DNA from: Bdellovibrionota bacterium
GTDB taxonomy: Bacteria; Bdellovibrionota; UBA2428
Direction of reading: 5' to 3'
DNA length: 64,000 nt
Assembly: GCA_044347615.1 (NCBI GenBank)
Contig: JBIKUK010000003.1
Span: forward strand, 209,151-273,150
Part shown: positions 21,215 to 30,824 of the stretch, one piece after another
How positions within the stretch are numbered: position 1 is the first letter of the stretch
Layout of the letters: each line of letters begins with the position of its first letter
Notes under the pieces: model-generated
Databases searched by the model: none
What the model was told of the DNA's origin: nothing
Seen by the model: only the letters and a program-made list of their open reading frames with translations
Program-made: the position numbers and the translations under genes

Positions 21215-24200
21215 CTAGTCAATTGCCGAAGGACCAATCACAAGATTCATCATCAAATCAATCTGCTTATTCATCTCTCCCCTAAAGTGATCAGAGGCTC
21301 CAATAAAACGATCAAAATTTGCGAAGTAACTTTCAAACTTTGGTTCTAAAGCAGGAAAAGTTTTCAAATATTCAAGAAGATCATGTCCTGCCTTAAAAAG
21401 AGCTTTTTCTTCGTCACCAAATTTATCATCACTTTCCTGTGAAAGTGACATGGTCAAAGCCCTTTCCCCATTTGCAACACTTAAAGCTCCACTCTTGGTA
21501 GACTTCTCAAGTTCACTCATTGCTTTTTGAACAGGATCGACTCTCTTTGAAATTTCTTTCATAAAGCCCATGAGATCTTCGTTCAACTCAGGACTGACAA
21601 AACGTCGAGTCATAGAAAGTATTTTATTGATCCTATTAATTGAATCCATAATAGACAAAATATTGAGACCTTCTTTGCTCGAATTCTCTAAAGATTGGAA
21701 AAGAGCCTTACGTAAGTCAGCTGGCTTCATCTGAGACAACTGCTGTTGCTGAAGTGCTTTCTTGTAAGAATAAAGTAAAGCTGCGCCAAAGGGATTATCT
21801 GTAAAACTTGAATAAGCCAAAGTTCCAAAAGCTTGAAAAGGCACGCTCACCATATCTTCATTTTTTTGAATCGCCTGAATCGTTTCCTGCTCTTTCGTAT
21901 GGTAGACGCGAGTTTCTGTTAACCGGTTCAAAGTTTCTTGTGTTGAACCAGGAACCATGTAACCCCTTAACAAAGAAGCCATCGCTGTATTTAAGATCAA
22001 AGATTCGTTATCAAATCCTTTATATAAAACCTTACGACTTTTTTCATAAGAAAGAACAAGCTTCAAAATATCGTTATCAGGAGCCTCTGCTTCAAAGGGA
22101 TCTTTTTTTGAAGATGATTTAACTTCAGCTTTTCCGAGAGCTTTCATTAATTTTGCGTTCGCATTCACAGATGCAGAGGAAGTCTTGTTTTCAAAGTCCG
22201 CAAGGTTGGGAGGAAGACCTTCAGAATTCAACCCAAGAATAACACGGCTCCAAAGCTTTAACTGTAAATTCTTGCGAACTATGGGATCATCTAAAATAAC
22301 TGGGAAAAGTCTTTTTTGAAGAGCTTTTAAAGAAGAAGTCGCTCTAATCGACATGGCAATGAAGCCAATTTGCCGATCGAACTCTGTTCCTGCGACATCA
22401 TAAATAGCTTCAAGATTGGGTCTTCGTTCATCGTCAGTTTGAAGGCGATAACTTTTCACATCATACCCAAACTCACCTTGAGCACCACTTGCAACCTGGC
22501 GATTTGTTGCAGATAAAAACTTCTCAACAGCTTCAGATCGACAATTTTCAACTTTGATTCCAAATTCAGTTTGAATTTCATGTCGAAGCTGCGAAAACGG
22601 AACAAGTTCCAAAGGCACGTTTTTGTTTGAGCTTATAATCTTGCAGTAATGATCAGGAAGAAAAGCAAGTTCGTAGAAAAAAGATTCAATCGTGAGTGCT
22701 GCTCGCCTTAAATCTTCCATGCGTGAGTATCCACTTAAAGAGCTTTTCTTTTCAGCATCAATTGCTCCATTTAAAGGCTTAATGAATTTATCGAGATAGT
22801 TTTCAGGAGTAATTCCCTCAAAATAAGGGCTTCTTTTTAAAACATCCCTTTGAAGAGCGTAGCGATAGTCGCCATAAATTGCCAAAAGTTTTTCCAAGCT
22901 CATCAAGCGATAAGCAAAAGATGACTGAGGTACAAAACGACTTCGATCGTAGCGACGCTGATTCATACTCAAATTCAAGAAATACTCTGAAACAATATGA
23001 TCAACGATTTCTTTAAGGCTTGTACCTTTGTCAAAACGATCACAAAGGGAATCATTTCCAAAATGTACGTCATAATCATTGCAATAACTAAATTTTTTAA
23101 AACTTGGGACGCTTTCTTCGATCGTAAATCCGGCTTTAATATTTTCAACAGAGCCAGAAGATGTTTCGACTTGGTTCATATATCCAAAACGAAGAGCCGC
23201 GATGTCGTACTTTCCAACTCGAAGCAAGCCCTTTTCCCCGCTCGCCAAATAATCCATAACCGAGGAAGACTCCACTTGTGTGGAAGTATTGGTTTCTTCT
23301 TGTGAATAAAAATTCACCTTATCAGAGCTTGCTTTAAAGTTATGCATCAAGCCCAAAACGTGACCTACTTCATGGACTCCAACAGCCACAATGTGTGAGG
23401 GCAAGAGTCGATTCGCACAGGCTTTGATGAAATCAGCTTCATCCTCACGTGGCTTCGCTCCCTCTCTCAGTTTGAGAGTGTACTCCACAATCTCAGGGCA
23501 AAGTTTTTCTATATCCTGAAGAGTGGCAGAAGTTGCCGTTGCAGCCTCACATTTAAAGTCGGATGTTTTTTTGAGTTTCTTTTTTTCTGGCAAAAAAGGC
23601 TTGATAGCATCTGCAAAGAAATGAGCCTTAAGAGAAGAATTTTTTCCAATTGAAAAATCACCTAAAAGATTTGAATCAAGACCCAAACGATTTTGACCGA
23701 CATGATTTAGCGAAAAAGCATGGAGCGAAGCATTACCTGAGGTTCCAAGAGATTCTTGCATCGAAGCAAATAAATCCTTGCGAGATCCTTCCGTTACAGA
23801 AACAACTTTAGAAACAGGCTCGATCCACTTGGCAGCATTAGATTCAACTTCAAGCTTACTCTTTCGGATGATATACGCACGAACATCTCCTACAAGTGAA
23901 TGAAACATTTGAGAGGCAAAGATGTTCGCTGTTCCCCCAATAGTTTCTCCCGTTACATTATCCGTAAATCCAGGACCATAACCTAAAAGACCAGGAGTTT
24001 TATTGTCACTCTCACTCCATATGAAATTTAAAACGATGTCATAGCGAGGATCACCCAGCTGAACTTCTTTACTTTCATCAAGAACTAACCAGTTAGGCTT
24101 TCCAATGGCATCAAAGCCATCGCTCCAACTTTTGACTATTTGACGGCCCCAATCCTTAAAACGATCAGGTGTACCAACAGGAAAATAAACCTTTAATTGT

Positions 24201-25450
24201 TTTTTTTCAGGATTAAAACGAGACATTAATTGATGGCGTTCGTTGTCTCGATCTCTCCATCTCATTTGAAATTGCTCAGGACTTATACCGGCTGGGAAAT
24301 AGCCAAATAAATATGAATCTGCTTTTGAAAGATTTCTTGGCTTATAGGGCAAGCGCTTATCAAGACGCATAAAAGCGTGAGTGATCTTTCGGCCAGAATC
24401 AGGATAAGAAAGAGTAACACCCAAAAAATCATCTTGAACAGTAACATCACTTAAAAACTTTCGAGAACCTAATTCCTTTTCCACTTCATCAAGCGAACTC
24501 AACTCTGCAAGATCAAGAGCCACATAGGGCTTATCTTTCCACAAAAGTTTATTTTTCTGCGTACCGCGCATTCCGTGAAAGCGCCCAAGAGACTCTGCTT
24601 CAGGGTCAATCCATCGAGAGGGTATTCGAACAAGAGTTTCAAAGTTAAAGGTATTGTTTTTGAGAATTCCTGGAACTTCAGTGCTTTTAGCGGAAAGTAA
24701 TTTTTCCTGATCATTAAAAAATTCAACACGACTGGTAACTAAACGCTCTCCATCGTGATAATTCATATCTTCTGAAATATCTTTTGTTTTGACGACCGAA
24801 TTTACATAAAACCATTTTCCCTTGAAAAAATTTGCAGGAAAAATATCCTTATAATCTTCTGACCTAAAAATCTGACGAGATAAAAAATCAACTTTCACAA
24901 AGCCATCGTTTTGAAAGCCAGAACGCGGCGTCTCCACAAGAAGATTACTTTTTTCATTATAAGAGTTTTTTACATTCTCTACTTTGAAGTATCCCTTCAC
25001 AGGATAAGCTACGAGAGGAACGGCAATTTTTCCTTCGGGCACAGAAGCGATCGATTCAGCATAAGGATGCTCATCTGTAGGAATCAAATCCCTAGGAGCC
25101 ACTTTGTATATTTTTAAATAACTATCTTCTAAATGATAAAGCAAAGAATATTCCGCGTGTGGCTTTCCTCGAAAAGCGACATCACCCAAGAGTTTTGCAT
25201 CTGTCTCATAAGCGACCATCGGAAAATTATAAAAATTATATTCGGGAGCTTGTATTTCAGAACTTAATGCCGCTGTTGTAGGAGAAGCGCCAATAACGTC
25301 TTTCGTTTGTAACTTGAACCATTGATCATGGTATTCAGAAACTTTGTGTAAATCTTGCCCTTGCCCCTGAGCAAACTGCTCGCTGCGCTGCTGACTGCAA
25401 GAAGAAAGAACGAATGCGAAAAAGAGACTGTTAAATACATTTAGACGCAT
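21215..25450 (-). CDS. giant secreted zinc metalloprotease lipoprotein (metzincin-type, DUF4953/DUF5117-like)
   Basis: Start taken at MRLNVFNSLFFAFVLSSC (lipobox) rather than 14 codons upstream. Extended zinc motif HEVGHVLGLMHNF (HExxHxxGxxH). 1411 aa. Confidence 0.85.
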   Translation of the reverse strand: MRLNVFNSLFFAFVLSSCSQQRSEQFAQGQGQDLHKVSEYHDQWFKLQTKDVIGASPTTAALSSEIQAPEYNFYNFPMVAYETDAKLLGDVAFRGKPHAEYSLLYHLEDSYLKIYKVAPRDLIPTDEHPYAESIASVPEGKIAVPLVAYPVKGYFKVENVKNSYNEKSNLLVETPRSGFQNDGFVKVDFLSRQIFRSEDYKDIFPANFFKGKWFYVNSVVKTKDISEDMNYHDGERLVTSRVEFFNDQEKLLSAKSTEVPGILKNNTFNFETLVRIPSRWIDPEAESLGRFHGMRGTQKNKLLWKDKPYVALDLAELSSLDEVEKELGSRKFLSDVTVQDDFLGVTLSYPDSGRKITHAFMRLDKRLPYKPRNLSKADSYLFGYFPAGISPEQFQMRWRDRDNERHQLMSRFNPEKKQLKVYFPVGTPDRFKDWGRQIVKSWSDGFDAIGKPNWLVLDESKEVQLGDPRYDIVLNFIWSESDNKTPGLLGYGPGFTDNVTGETIGGTANIFASQMFHSLVGDVRAYIIRKSKLEVESNAAKWIEPVSKVVSVTEGSRKDLFASMQESLGTSGNASLHAFSLNHVGQNRLGLDSNLLGDFSIGKNSSLKAHFFADAIKPFLPEKKKLKKTSDFKCEAATATSATLQDIEKLCPEIVEYTLKLREGAKPREDEADFIKACANRLLPSHIVAVGVHEVGHVLGLMHNFKASSDKVNFYSQEETNTSTQVESSSVMDYLASGEKGLLRVGKYDIAALRFGYMNQVETSSGSVENIKAGFTIEESVPSFKKFSYCNDYDVHFGNDSLCDRFDKGTSLKEIVDHIVSEYFLNLSMNQRRYDRSRFVPQSSFAYRLMSLEKLLAIYGDYRYALQRDVLKRSPYFEGITPENYLDKFIKPLNGAIDAEKKSSLSGYSRMEDLRRAALTIESFFYELAFLPDHYCKIISSNKNVPLELVPFSQLRHEIQTEFGIKVENCRSEAVEKFLSATNRQVASGAQGEFGYDVKSYRLQTDDERRPNLEAIYDVAGTEFDRQIGFIAMSIRATSSLKALQKRLFPVILDDPIVRKNLQLKLWSRVILGLNSEGLPPNLADFENKTSSASVNANAKLMKALGKAEVKSSSKKDPFEAEAPDNDILKLVLSYEKSRKVLYKGFDNESLILNTAMASLLRGYMVPGSTQETLNRLTETRVYHTKEQETIQAIQKNEDMVSVPFQAFGTLAYSSFTDNPFGAALLYSYKKALQQQQLSQMKPADLRKALFQSLENSSKEGLNILSIMDSINRINKILSMTRRFVSPELNEDLMGFMKEISKRVDPVQKAMSELEKSTKSGALSVANGERALTMSLSQESDDKFGDEEKALFKAGHDLLEYLKTFPALEPKFESYFANFDRFIGASDHFRGEMNKQIDLMMNLVIGPSAID

Positions 25451-25564
25451 GGCACACGGATTATAACATGTCGCAATAACTGCGAAAGGCACACGTGCCC
25501 CTTTTTGAGCCTTAAAAACCTTTAAAAGTCTTTCACAAACACTCTTGAAAGCTCAGCAAATGAT

Positions 25565-26809
25565 TTAAAGCTGAAAATAAGAAACAAGCTGGCCTTTTTG
25601 AAGCAAGCTTTCGTAATAAACTTTATTCAGCTCGACTAAAGCTTGAAATACGCCCAACTCAGCACTCGTGTAAGAACGCAGAGACGAAACATAATCCAAG
25701 AATGTAATTTTACCTTCACGATAGTCTCGACTGATGATGTTGTAGGACTCACGCTCATCGCTTAAGACCTGGGCTCTTTGAGCATATACTTTTCGAGCAA
25801 CTCTAATTTTTTCACGATTTAAATCATAATTCATGCGAGCTGTTCGAATCTCTTGGTAAACTTCATTTTCTCGAATTGAATTATTTCGAAATCCACTCTC
25901 TCGAGAGCGACGCTCAGTTCCCCAGTCCCATAAGACATAAGAGACGCCCAAAGTAATTGACCAATTTTGATTGAGAGATGGATTATAGGATGATCCCGCC
26001 CAAAAGCTCGAATCCGAAAAATTGTACTGAGCTCCAAGTGTCAGCTGAGGCCATCGGGTATTGTTCAATTTTTTTCTTTGTTCTCTTAAAAGAGAAAGCT
26101 CCTGAGTAAGCGTTTCCTCTTTAATTGAAAGCTTAACATCTTCTTCGTTTTTATAGAGCTCGGGTATAGTCAAAACACTTGGTTCATAATTAAAACGAGA
26201 AAAATCTTCTTTAATAACATTTCTTAAAAGATCTTCTGCATTTTTCAATGAGATGAGTTGTTGGTTTTGATCTAACTGAACACCTCTTAACTCAGCTCTC
26301 AAACGAAGATAATCTTTTCGAGGTTTGATACCCTGCTTATATTCACTAGAAGTGACCTCAAACTGATCCTCAAGTAAACTTTCTATATCGTTAAGATTCG
26401 TACTGCGTTTTTTTTCTAATAAATAATTTAAATAAATTTTTAAGGCCTCAAAACAAAATTGATTTTTTTGCTCAAAAAATCTTTTTTCCTGCAAAACTTT
26501 TCCCGCTCTAGAAATCGATAAATCATCGAGCTGGGTAAGGCTTAAAAGATTTGCTTTTGCTTCAATTTTGTAATCCGAAAGCTTGTCCGTTCCGATAGAA
26601 GGCTGCGCCCCTTGAAAGCCATGAGATGTTGAGAGACTTAAAGCAGGTAAAAAAGAATACTTTTTTGTGGAGTAATCAGCATCCGCGTTTTGTTTTAAAT
26701 ACTGGGCATTTTCAAGTTCCCACGCTTGTCGATAAGCACTCTGCACAACTTGATGAAGTTCAGCTGAAAAAGCTAAAAACGGAAAAAAAATAAAAAAGAT
26801 TTTTTTCAT
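25565..26809 (-). CDS. TolC-family outer membrane efflux protein
   Basis: 414 aa, signal peptide FLAFSAE. Two OEP-type repeats with long coiled-coil segments. ATGA overlap with the upstream GT-C gene. Confidence 0.82.
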   Translation of the reverse strand: MKKIFFIFFPFLAFSAELHQVVQSAYRQAWELENAQYLKQNADADYSTKKYSFLPALSLSTSHGFQGAQPSIGTDKLSDYKIEAKANLLSLTQLDDLSISRAGKVLQEKRFFEQKNQFCFEALKIYLNYLLEKKRSTNLNDIESLLEDQFEVTSSEYKQGIKPRKDYLRLRAELRGVQLDQNQQLISLKNAEDLLRNVIKEDFSRFNYEPSVLTIPELYKNEEDVKLSIKEETLTQELSLLREQRKKLNNTRWPQLTLGAQYNFSDSSFWAGSSYNPSLNQNWSITLGVSYVLWDWGTERRSRESGFRNNSIRENEVYQEIRTARMNYDLNREKIRVARKVYAQRAQVLSDERESYNIISRDYREGKITFLDYVSSLRSYTSAELGVFQALVELNKVYYESLLQKGQLVSYFQL

Positions 26810-28446
26810 TCTAACCTCAGTAACTTTAATGTTCTCATTAAATACTGAGTTTTACCTAAAAGAATTTGAAACATTTCAGAAAATTTCTGACGTGATCTAA
26901 GATCGGGTAGAACTTCAAGCAAAGTTGCTTGCCGCAAACAAGAATTCTCCATCCCTTCTTCAAGTACAAGATATGATCCTCTTGGTAGCTTTTTGCAAAG
27001 CTCTAAAAGCTTCTCTGGGCTCTCGTAACCCCTGGGTTTCGAATAAGGAGCCACAAAACGAAAACGCTCCTCTTGAGCAATTTTATGAGTGGGAACCCAT
27101 AACTCAGTCCCAGGATGAGATTTCATAAATTGAAAGCTTTGATTAAAAGGAATCGAAAAATTTGAAAGCTGAATGTAACAAAGAAAAACTAAAACAGGGT
27201 AAAACTCAAAATATTTTTTTGTTTTGAAAATTAATAGAAACAAGAAGACACTCAAAAACCAAAAGCAACGAGCCACAAGAGGCCACTGCGACCAGAAAGA
27301 AAATAAAAAGGGTGTGAGACTTAAAACAACAAAAACAAATCCAGTTAAAGCAAGCGTGATTTTCCAAAAAACTCGTGGAATTTGAGATCTGTATTCCGCT
27401 AAAAGAACCGCAAGGACTGCCATGGCAGGCAAAAGATAATTTTCTTGTCTTTGAGTCGGGAGCGAGTAAAAAACCAAAAAGGCTCCGACATATGAGAGTA
27501 AAGCCAAAACTTTTTTGTGTGATTCATTTAAATGATCAATTTTTAATTTTCTAAATTTAGGAAAATGTTTTTTAAAAAAGTTAAAAGAAAGCCCAATAAG
27601 TAAAAAAGCGAGCAACCCAGCATTTGCAAAAGGCCCCAGCCATATACGGTAAATTGGATAAACGCCCACGAATAACCCACTTAGATAATTCTGATAGCCT
27701 TTAAATTTTACGGCATTCTCGCCTATCACAAACTGCTGAAATAAGAGCTTAGGATCGGGGTCAAAAACAAACCAAAGGGAAAATATCCCAAGTGCTAGAA
27801 AAACTGCCGAAGAAAAAAACAAAACCGCTTTTAAAAACTTTTTCCGAGACTCTCTTAATTGAGAATCTAAAACCCACACAGCTGCTCCCATGGAAAAAGC
27901 CCCTACTCCAATAAGAGCAAAACTCTTAACCCACGCGACAGCCCCCCAACACAACACACACACAAACCAAAAACTTTGATTCAAGAAAGGCTTATAAAAA
28001 TAAAAAACTAATGGAGCGAGGAGAAAAAGAACTTCAAATGAATTCACCAAAAAAGGTCGCCCATGTTGATAGGTAGACAAAAAGGCTAAGTAAGCACCCG
28101 CTGCCCAAAGCGCAGTTTTTTTATTTTTTTTATCTCCATGAGACATCAATCGCATCGAAAGCAAATAAACAAGAAAAGCACCTGCAAAAGTGACAAAAAC
28201 GATCGGTAAGCGCATAAGCCATAAGTTATAATTTTGAGCTTTATTGCTAAAAAACATTCCCAACCAATAAAGAAGCGGCGGCTTGGTGCTCAAAACTCCC
28301 CCTTCATACCGAAGAGGCAGCCACGACCCGCTTTCAGACGTGACACGTGCTATCTGTAAATAAAGAACCTCATCTCCGATTTTGGGAATTTGTATGCCGC
28401 CCAAACCCCAAAGATAAGCAATAATCGCAAATAAAACTATGAGCAC
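26806..28446 (-). CDS. ArnT/PMT_2-family GT-C glycosyltransferase (polyprenyl-phosphate-sugar dependent)
   Basis: 546 aa with at least 10 TM helices. First-loop acidic motif IGDEVLYLQIARV resembles ArnT PDETRYAEISREM. KPPLLYWL block. Confidence 0.78.
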   Translation of the reverse strand: MLIVLFAIIAYLWGLGGIQIPKIGDEVLYLQIARVTSESGSWLPLRYEGGVLSTKPPLLYWLGMFFSNKAQNYNLWLMRLPIVFVTFAGAFLVYLLSMRLMSHGDKKNKKTALWAAGAYLAFLSTYQHGRPFLVNSFEVLFLLAPLVFYFYKPFLNQSFWFVCVLCWGAVAWVKSFALIGVGAFSMGAAVWVLDSQLRESRKKFLKAVLFFSSAVFLALGIFSLWFVFDPDPKLLFQQFVIGENAVKFKGYQNYLSGLFVGVYPIYRIWLGPFANAGLLAFLLIGLSFNFFKKHFPKFRKLKIDHLNESHKKVLALLSYVGAFLVFYSLPTQRQENYLLPAMAVLAVLLAEYRSQIPRVFWKITLALTGFVFVVLSLTPFLFSFWSQWPLVARCFWFLSVFLFLLIFKTKKYFEFYPVLVFLCYIQLSNFSIPFNQSFQFMKSHPGTELWVPTHKIAQEERFRFVAPYSKPRGYESPEKLLELCKKLPRGSYLVLEEGMENSCLRQATLLEVLPDLRSRQKFSEMFQILLGKTQYLMRTLKLLRLE

Positions 28447-28513
28447 CCAACCTTTATAGAACGCGTTTGTTTTTATTCAAAGAGTTGCTTTTTAAATAAC
28501 TATTCAAATAAAA

Positions 28514-29704
28514 CTAAAGATTTGCCAAGTGAGATACAAAAGCCACTGCGATTTTGCTAAAAATAGCGGCGTGTTCAAAACTTGATTTTGAATCGATCAC
28601 ATCAGCTTCTGTATGAATATTGTGATTCATTTGATTGAAAGTTGCTTCACTAGGCATAACGGCAGGAAACCCATTTCTATACCAAGAGGCGTGATCGCTG
28701 CAGCCGTATCCACACTGATCCTTAATAATTTCAATATTCAGATACAAGCGATTGATATCTTCCAACAAATTTCTCAATTCAGGTGAAGTAAAGTCAGTCA
28801 TAGAAACAATTTTTCCATCCCCGTTTCCAGGATAAAGAGTCATGTCCAACTGAAGAACTCCCACGACTTTTTTATTTTGATTTTTATAAGAAGCAGCCAC
28901 TTCTGCCGATCCTAAAAGACCCGCTTCTTCACCTGCATACCAAAAAAATTCCACACTACGCTCAAAAGGACCTTGAGCCAAAAGATGCCTCAATGACTCA
29001 AGCAAAGAAGCCGATCCTGAGGCATCGTCATCTGCGCCTGGAGCAAGTTTTCCGGTAGGACCAAAAAATCCCGCATTGATTGAATCCAAGTGAGCACCTG
29101 CCGCAACAATTTCTTCAGGGAATTTATTTCCCTCAATATGAAGGCGTAAAGTTTTTTGTGGAGTGCTTTGATGCGCTATCAAAGATGTTTCTGCTTTGAT
29201 TTGCGGATACTTCAACAATATCTCATCGATTTTTACTTTCAATGCTTCCACATGTTTATTGGGAGTCGCACCCTTGTGGTAACGAGTGGGAAAAGAGGAA
29301 AGCCACTTCACCCAATTTTGAATTTCTGCTGGACTTACTTCATTGATCGCTGAAACAACTGATTCTTTTTTAGAAATTCGTTTTAAAGATTTTTGAGCTT
29401 TTTGATCTAGAATTTTTCTTGCTGCGACATCATTTAAAATTTTCTGAAAATCTTTTTGATTGAAGCTCTCTACAGGCAATAATTCAAAGCCTGCGCAACG
29501 ACCGCGCTCATGGCTCTTTCGAATTAACATCGACTCTTGAAGTGTACTAATGCGAGCCACAGCCATTCCTGTTTTTGAATCACTCATCAAGGCAGGAACC
29601 TTTGCAGCTTCTAATAATTGCGTATTTGTTAAAATATATTTTTTATCCTGATTAGCGTGCGCAAGCATTGAACCTAGAGCGAGTGTCAAAAAAAATTTAT
29701 GCAT
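28514..29704 (-). CDS. M28-family secreted aminopeptidase
   Basis: Signal peptide, then metal-ligand blocks GAHLDS, GADDDASGSA, YAGEEAGLLGS, and CSDHASW. Confidence 0.88.
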   Translation of the reverse strand: MHKFFLTLALGSMLAHANQDKKYILTNTQLLEAAKVPALMSDSKTGMAVARISTLQESMLIRKSHERGRCAGFELLPVESFNQKDFQKILNDVAARKILDQKAQKSLKRISKKESVVSAINEVSPAEIQNWVKWLSSFPTRYHKGATPNKHVEALKVKIDEILLKYPQIKAETSLIAHQSTPQKTLRLHIEGNKFPEEIVAAGAHLDSINAGFFGPTGKLAPGADDDASGSASLLESLRHLLAQGPFERSVEFFWYAGEEAGLLGSAEVAASYKNQNKKVVGVLQLDMTLYPGNGDGKIVSMTDFTSPELRNLLEDINRLYLNIEIIKDQCGYGCSDHASWYRNGFPAVMPSEATFNQMNHNIHTEADVIDSKSSFEHAAIFSKIAVAFVSHLANL

Positions 29705-29770
29705 CCTTATATTGAACCGCTAAACAACAAAAAGAGGCGTCGGGATTTTGTCGCAAAGTTATTTTAAGAA

Positions 29771-30253
29771 TTACAAACCACGCAATTGTGGTTTACGAGG
29801 ATCGGCAGGTACCGCAAGTAACTGTTCTTTTTGATACACAAGCGCCTCCCTTGATTCGCCAACGATCTCGATGGACTGACTCATCTCGATGGCCTCAACC
29901 GGGCAAGCTTCTTCACAAAAACCGCAATTGATACAACGACCGTAATCGATTTGAAAAACCTTAGGTCGACGTTCTTTATAATTTTGATCAGGAGCCTCTT
30001 CTGCTTCAATGTAAATCGCAACAGGCGGACAAACTACTTCGCAAAGCTTGCAGGCAACACAACGCTCGTTTCCGTCATTTCCGGTAATCAAACGCGGAAC
30101 ACCTCTGTATCCAACAGGCAAAGTGTGTTTTTGCTCCGGATATTGAAGTGTTGATTTTTTTCGAAACAAAAACTTGAGAGTGAGCATCAGACCACGAATG
30201 ATCTCAGGAATATACAAACGCTGCTTCCAAGTTGTACGGGGATACTTCACCAT
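29771..30253 (-). CDS. nuoI: NADH-quinone oxidoreductase subunit I-like 2x[4Fe-4S] protein
   Basis: 160 aa. NuoI pattern YPEQKHTLPVGYRGVPRL plus two CxxCxxCxxxCP motifs (CVACKLCEVVCP, CINCGFCEEACP). No other nuo genes are adjacent. Confidence 0.8.
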   Translation of the reverse strand: MVKYPRTTWKQRLYIPEIIRGLMLTLKFLFRKKSTLQYPEQKHTLPVGYRGVPRLITGNDGNERCVACKLCEVVCPPVAIYIEAEEAPDQNYKERRPKVFQIDYGRCINCGFCEEACPVEAIEMSQSIEIVGESREALVYQKEQLLAVPADPRKPQLRGL

Positions 30254-30320
30254 AACAAGATTTAAACTATCTCAGACTCCCCTCAGCGTCGAGTGGCTTC
30301 ATGAGCGACTTTAGCTGGCT

Positions 30321-30815
30321 TTATTCGCGCTGGGCCTGTTTTTTAGCCTGAGCCAATGCTCGAGTTTCTTCTTTTTTCTTTAAAGCTTCCCGTTTATCGC
30401 CTTTATTTTTACCCTTTGCTAAGGCAATCTCGACTTTTACATTTCCCTTTGAAAAGTAAATTTTTAGAGGAACCAATGTGGTGCTTGCCACCTTTAATTC
30501 TTGTTCTAACTTTCGAAGTTCCGCTCGATGGAGCAAAAGCTTTCTCTTACGAGTAGGGAGATGGTTAAAGTGAGGCCCCGACTGTTTGTATTCAGATATA
30601 TGCGCTTTATGCAGGAAAAGCTCTCCCTTTTCCATGATCGCAAACGAATCAACAAGCTGCACTTTTCCCTCTCGACAAGATTTAACCTCACTGCCCTTGA
30701 GCTCAATTCCTGCTTCGATTTTTTTGATGACTTGAAAATCATGCAAAGCTCGGCGGTTTTGAATCGTAGGAGCGTTTTTCTTTTCTTCGCTTTGAGAGTT
30801 CTTAGATTTACTCAT
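30321..30815 (-). CDS. smpB: SsrA-binding protein SmpB
   Basis: 164 aa; NRRALHDFQV..EAGIELKGSEVKS...LLLHRAELRKL and a basic C-terminal tail. Confidence 0.93.
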   Translation of the reverse strand: MSKSKNSQSEEKKNAPTIQNRRALHDFQVIKKIEAGIELKGSEVKSCREGKVQLVDSFAIMEKGELFLHKAHISEYKQSGPHFNHLPTRKRKLLLHRAELRKLEQELKVASTTLVPLKIYFSKGNVKVEIALAKGKNKGDKREALKKKEETRALAQAKKQAQRE

Positions 30816-30824
30816 TTTTGTAGC

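Noticed and set aside
25488-25506. Hairpin GGCAC-ACGTGCC followed by a T-run, between tolC and the metalloprotease gene.
   Set aside because: The stem is only 4-5 bp with a 2-4 nt loop. The T-run is on the + strand, where no gene ends, while on the coding (minus) strand it is followed only by TTTC. This is too weak to call a terminator.
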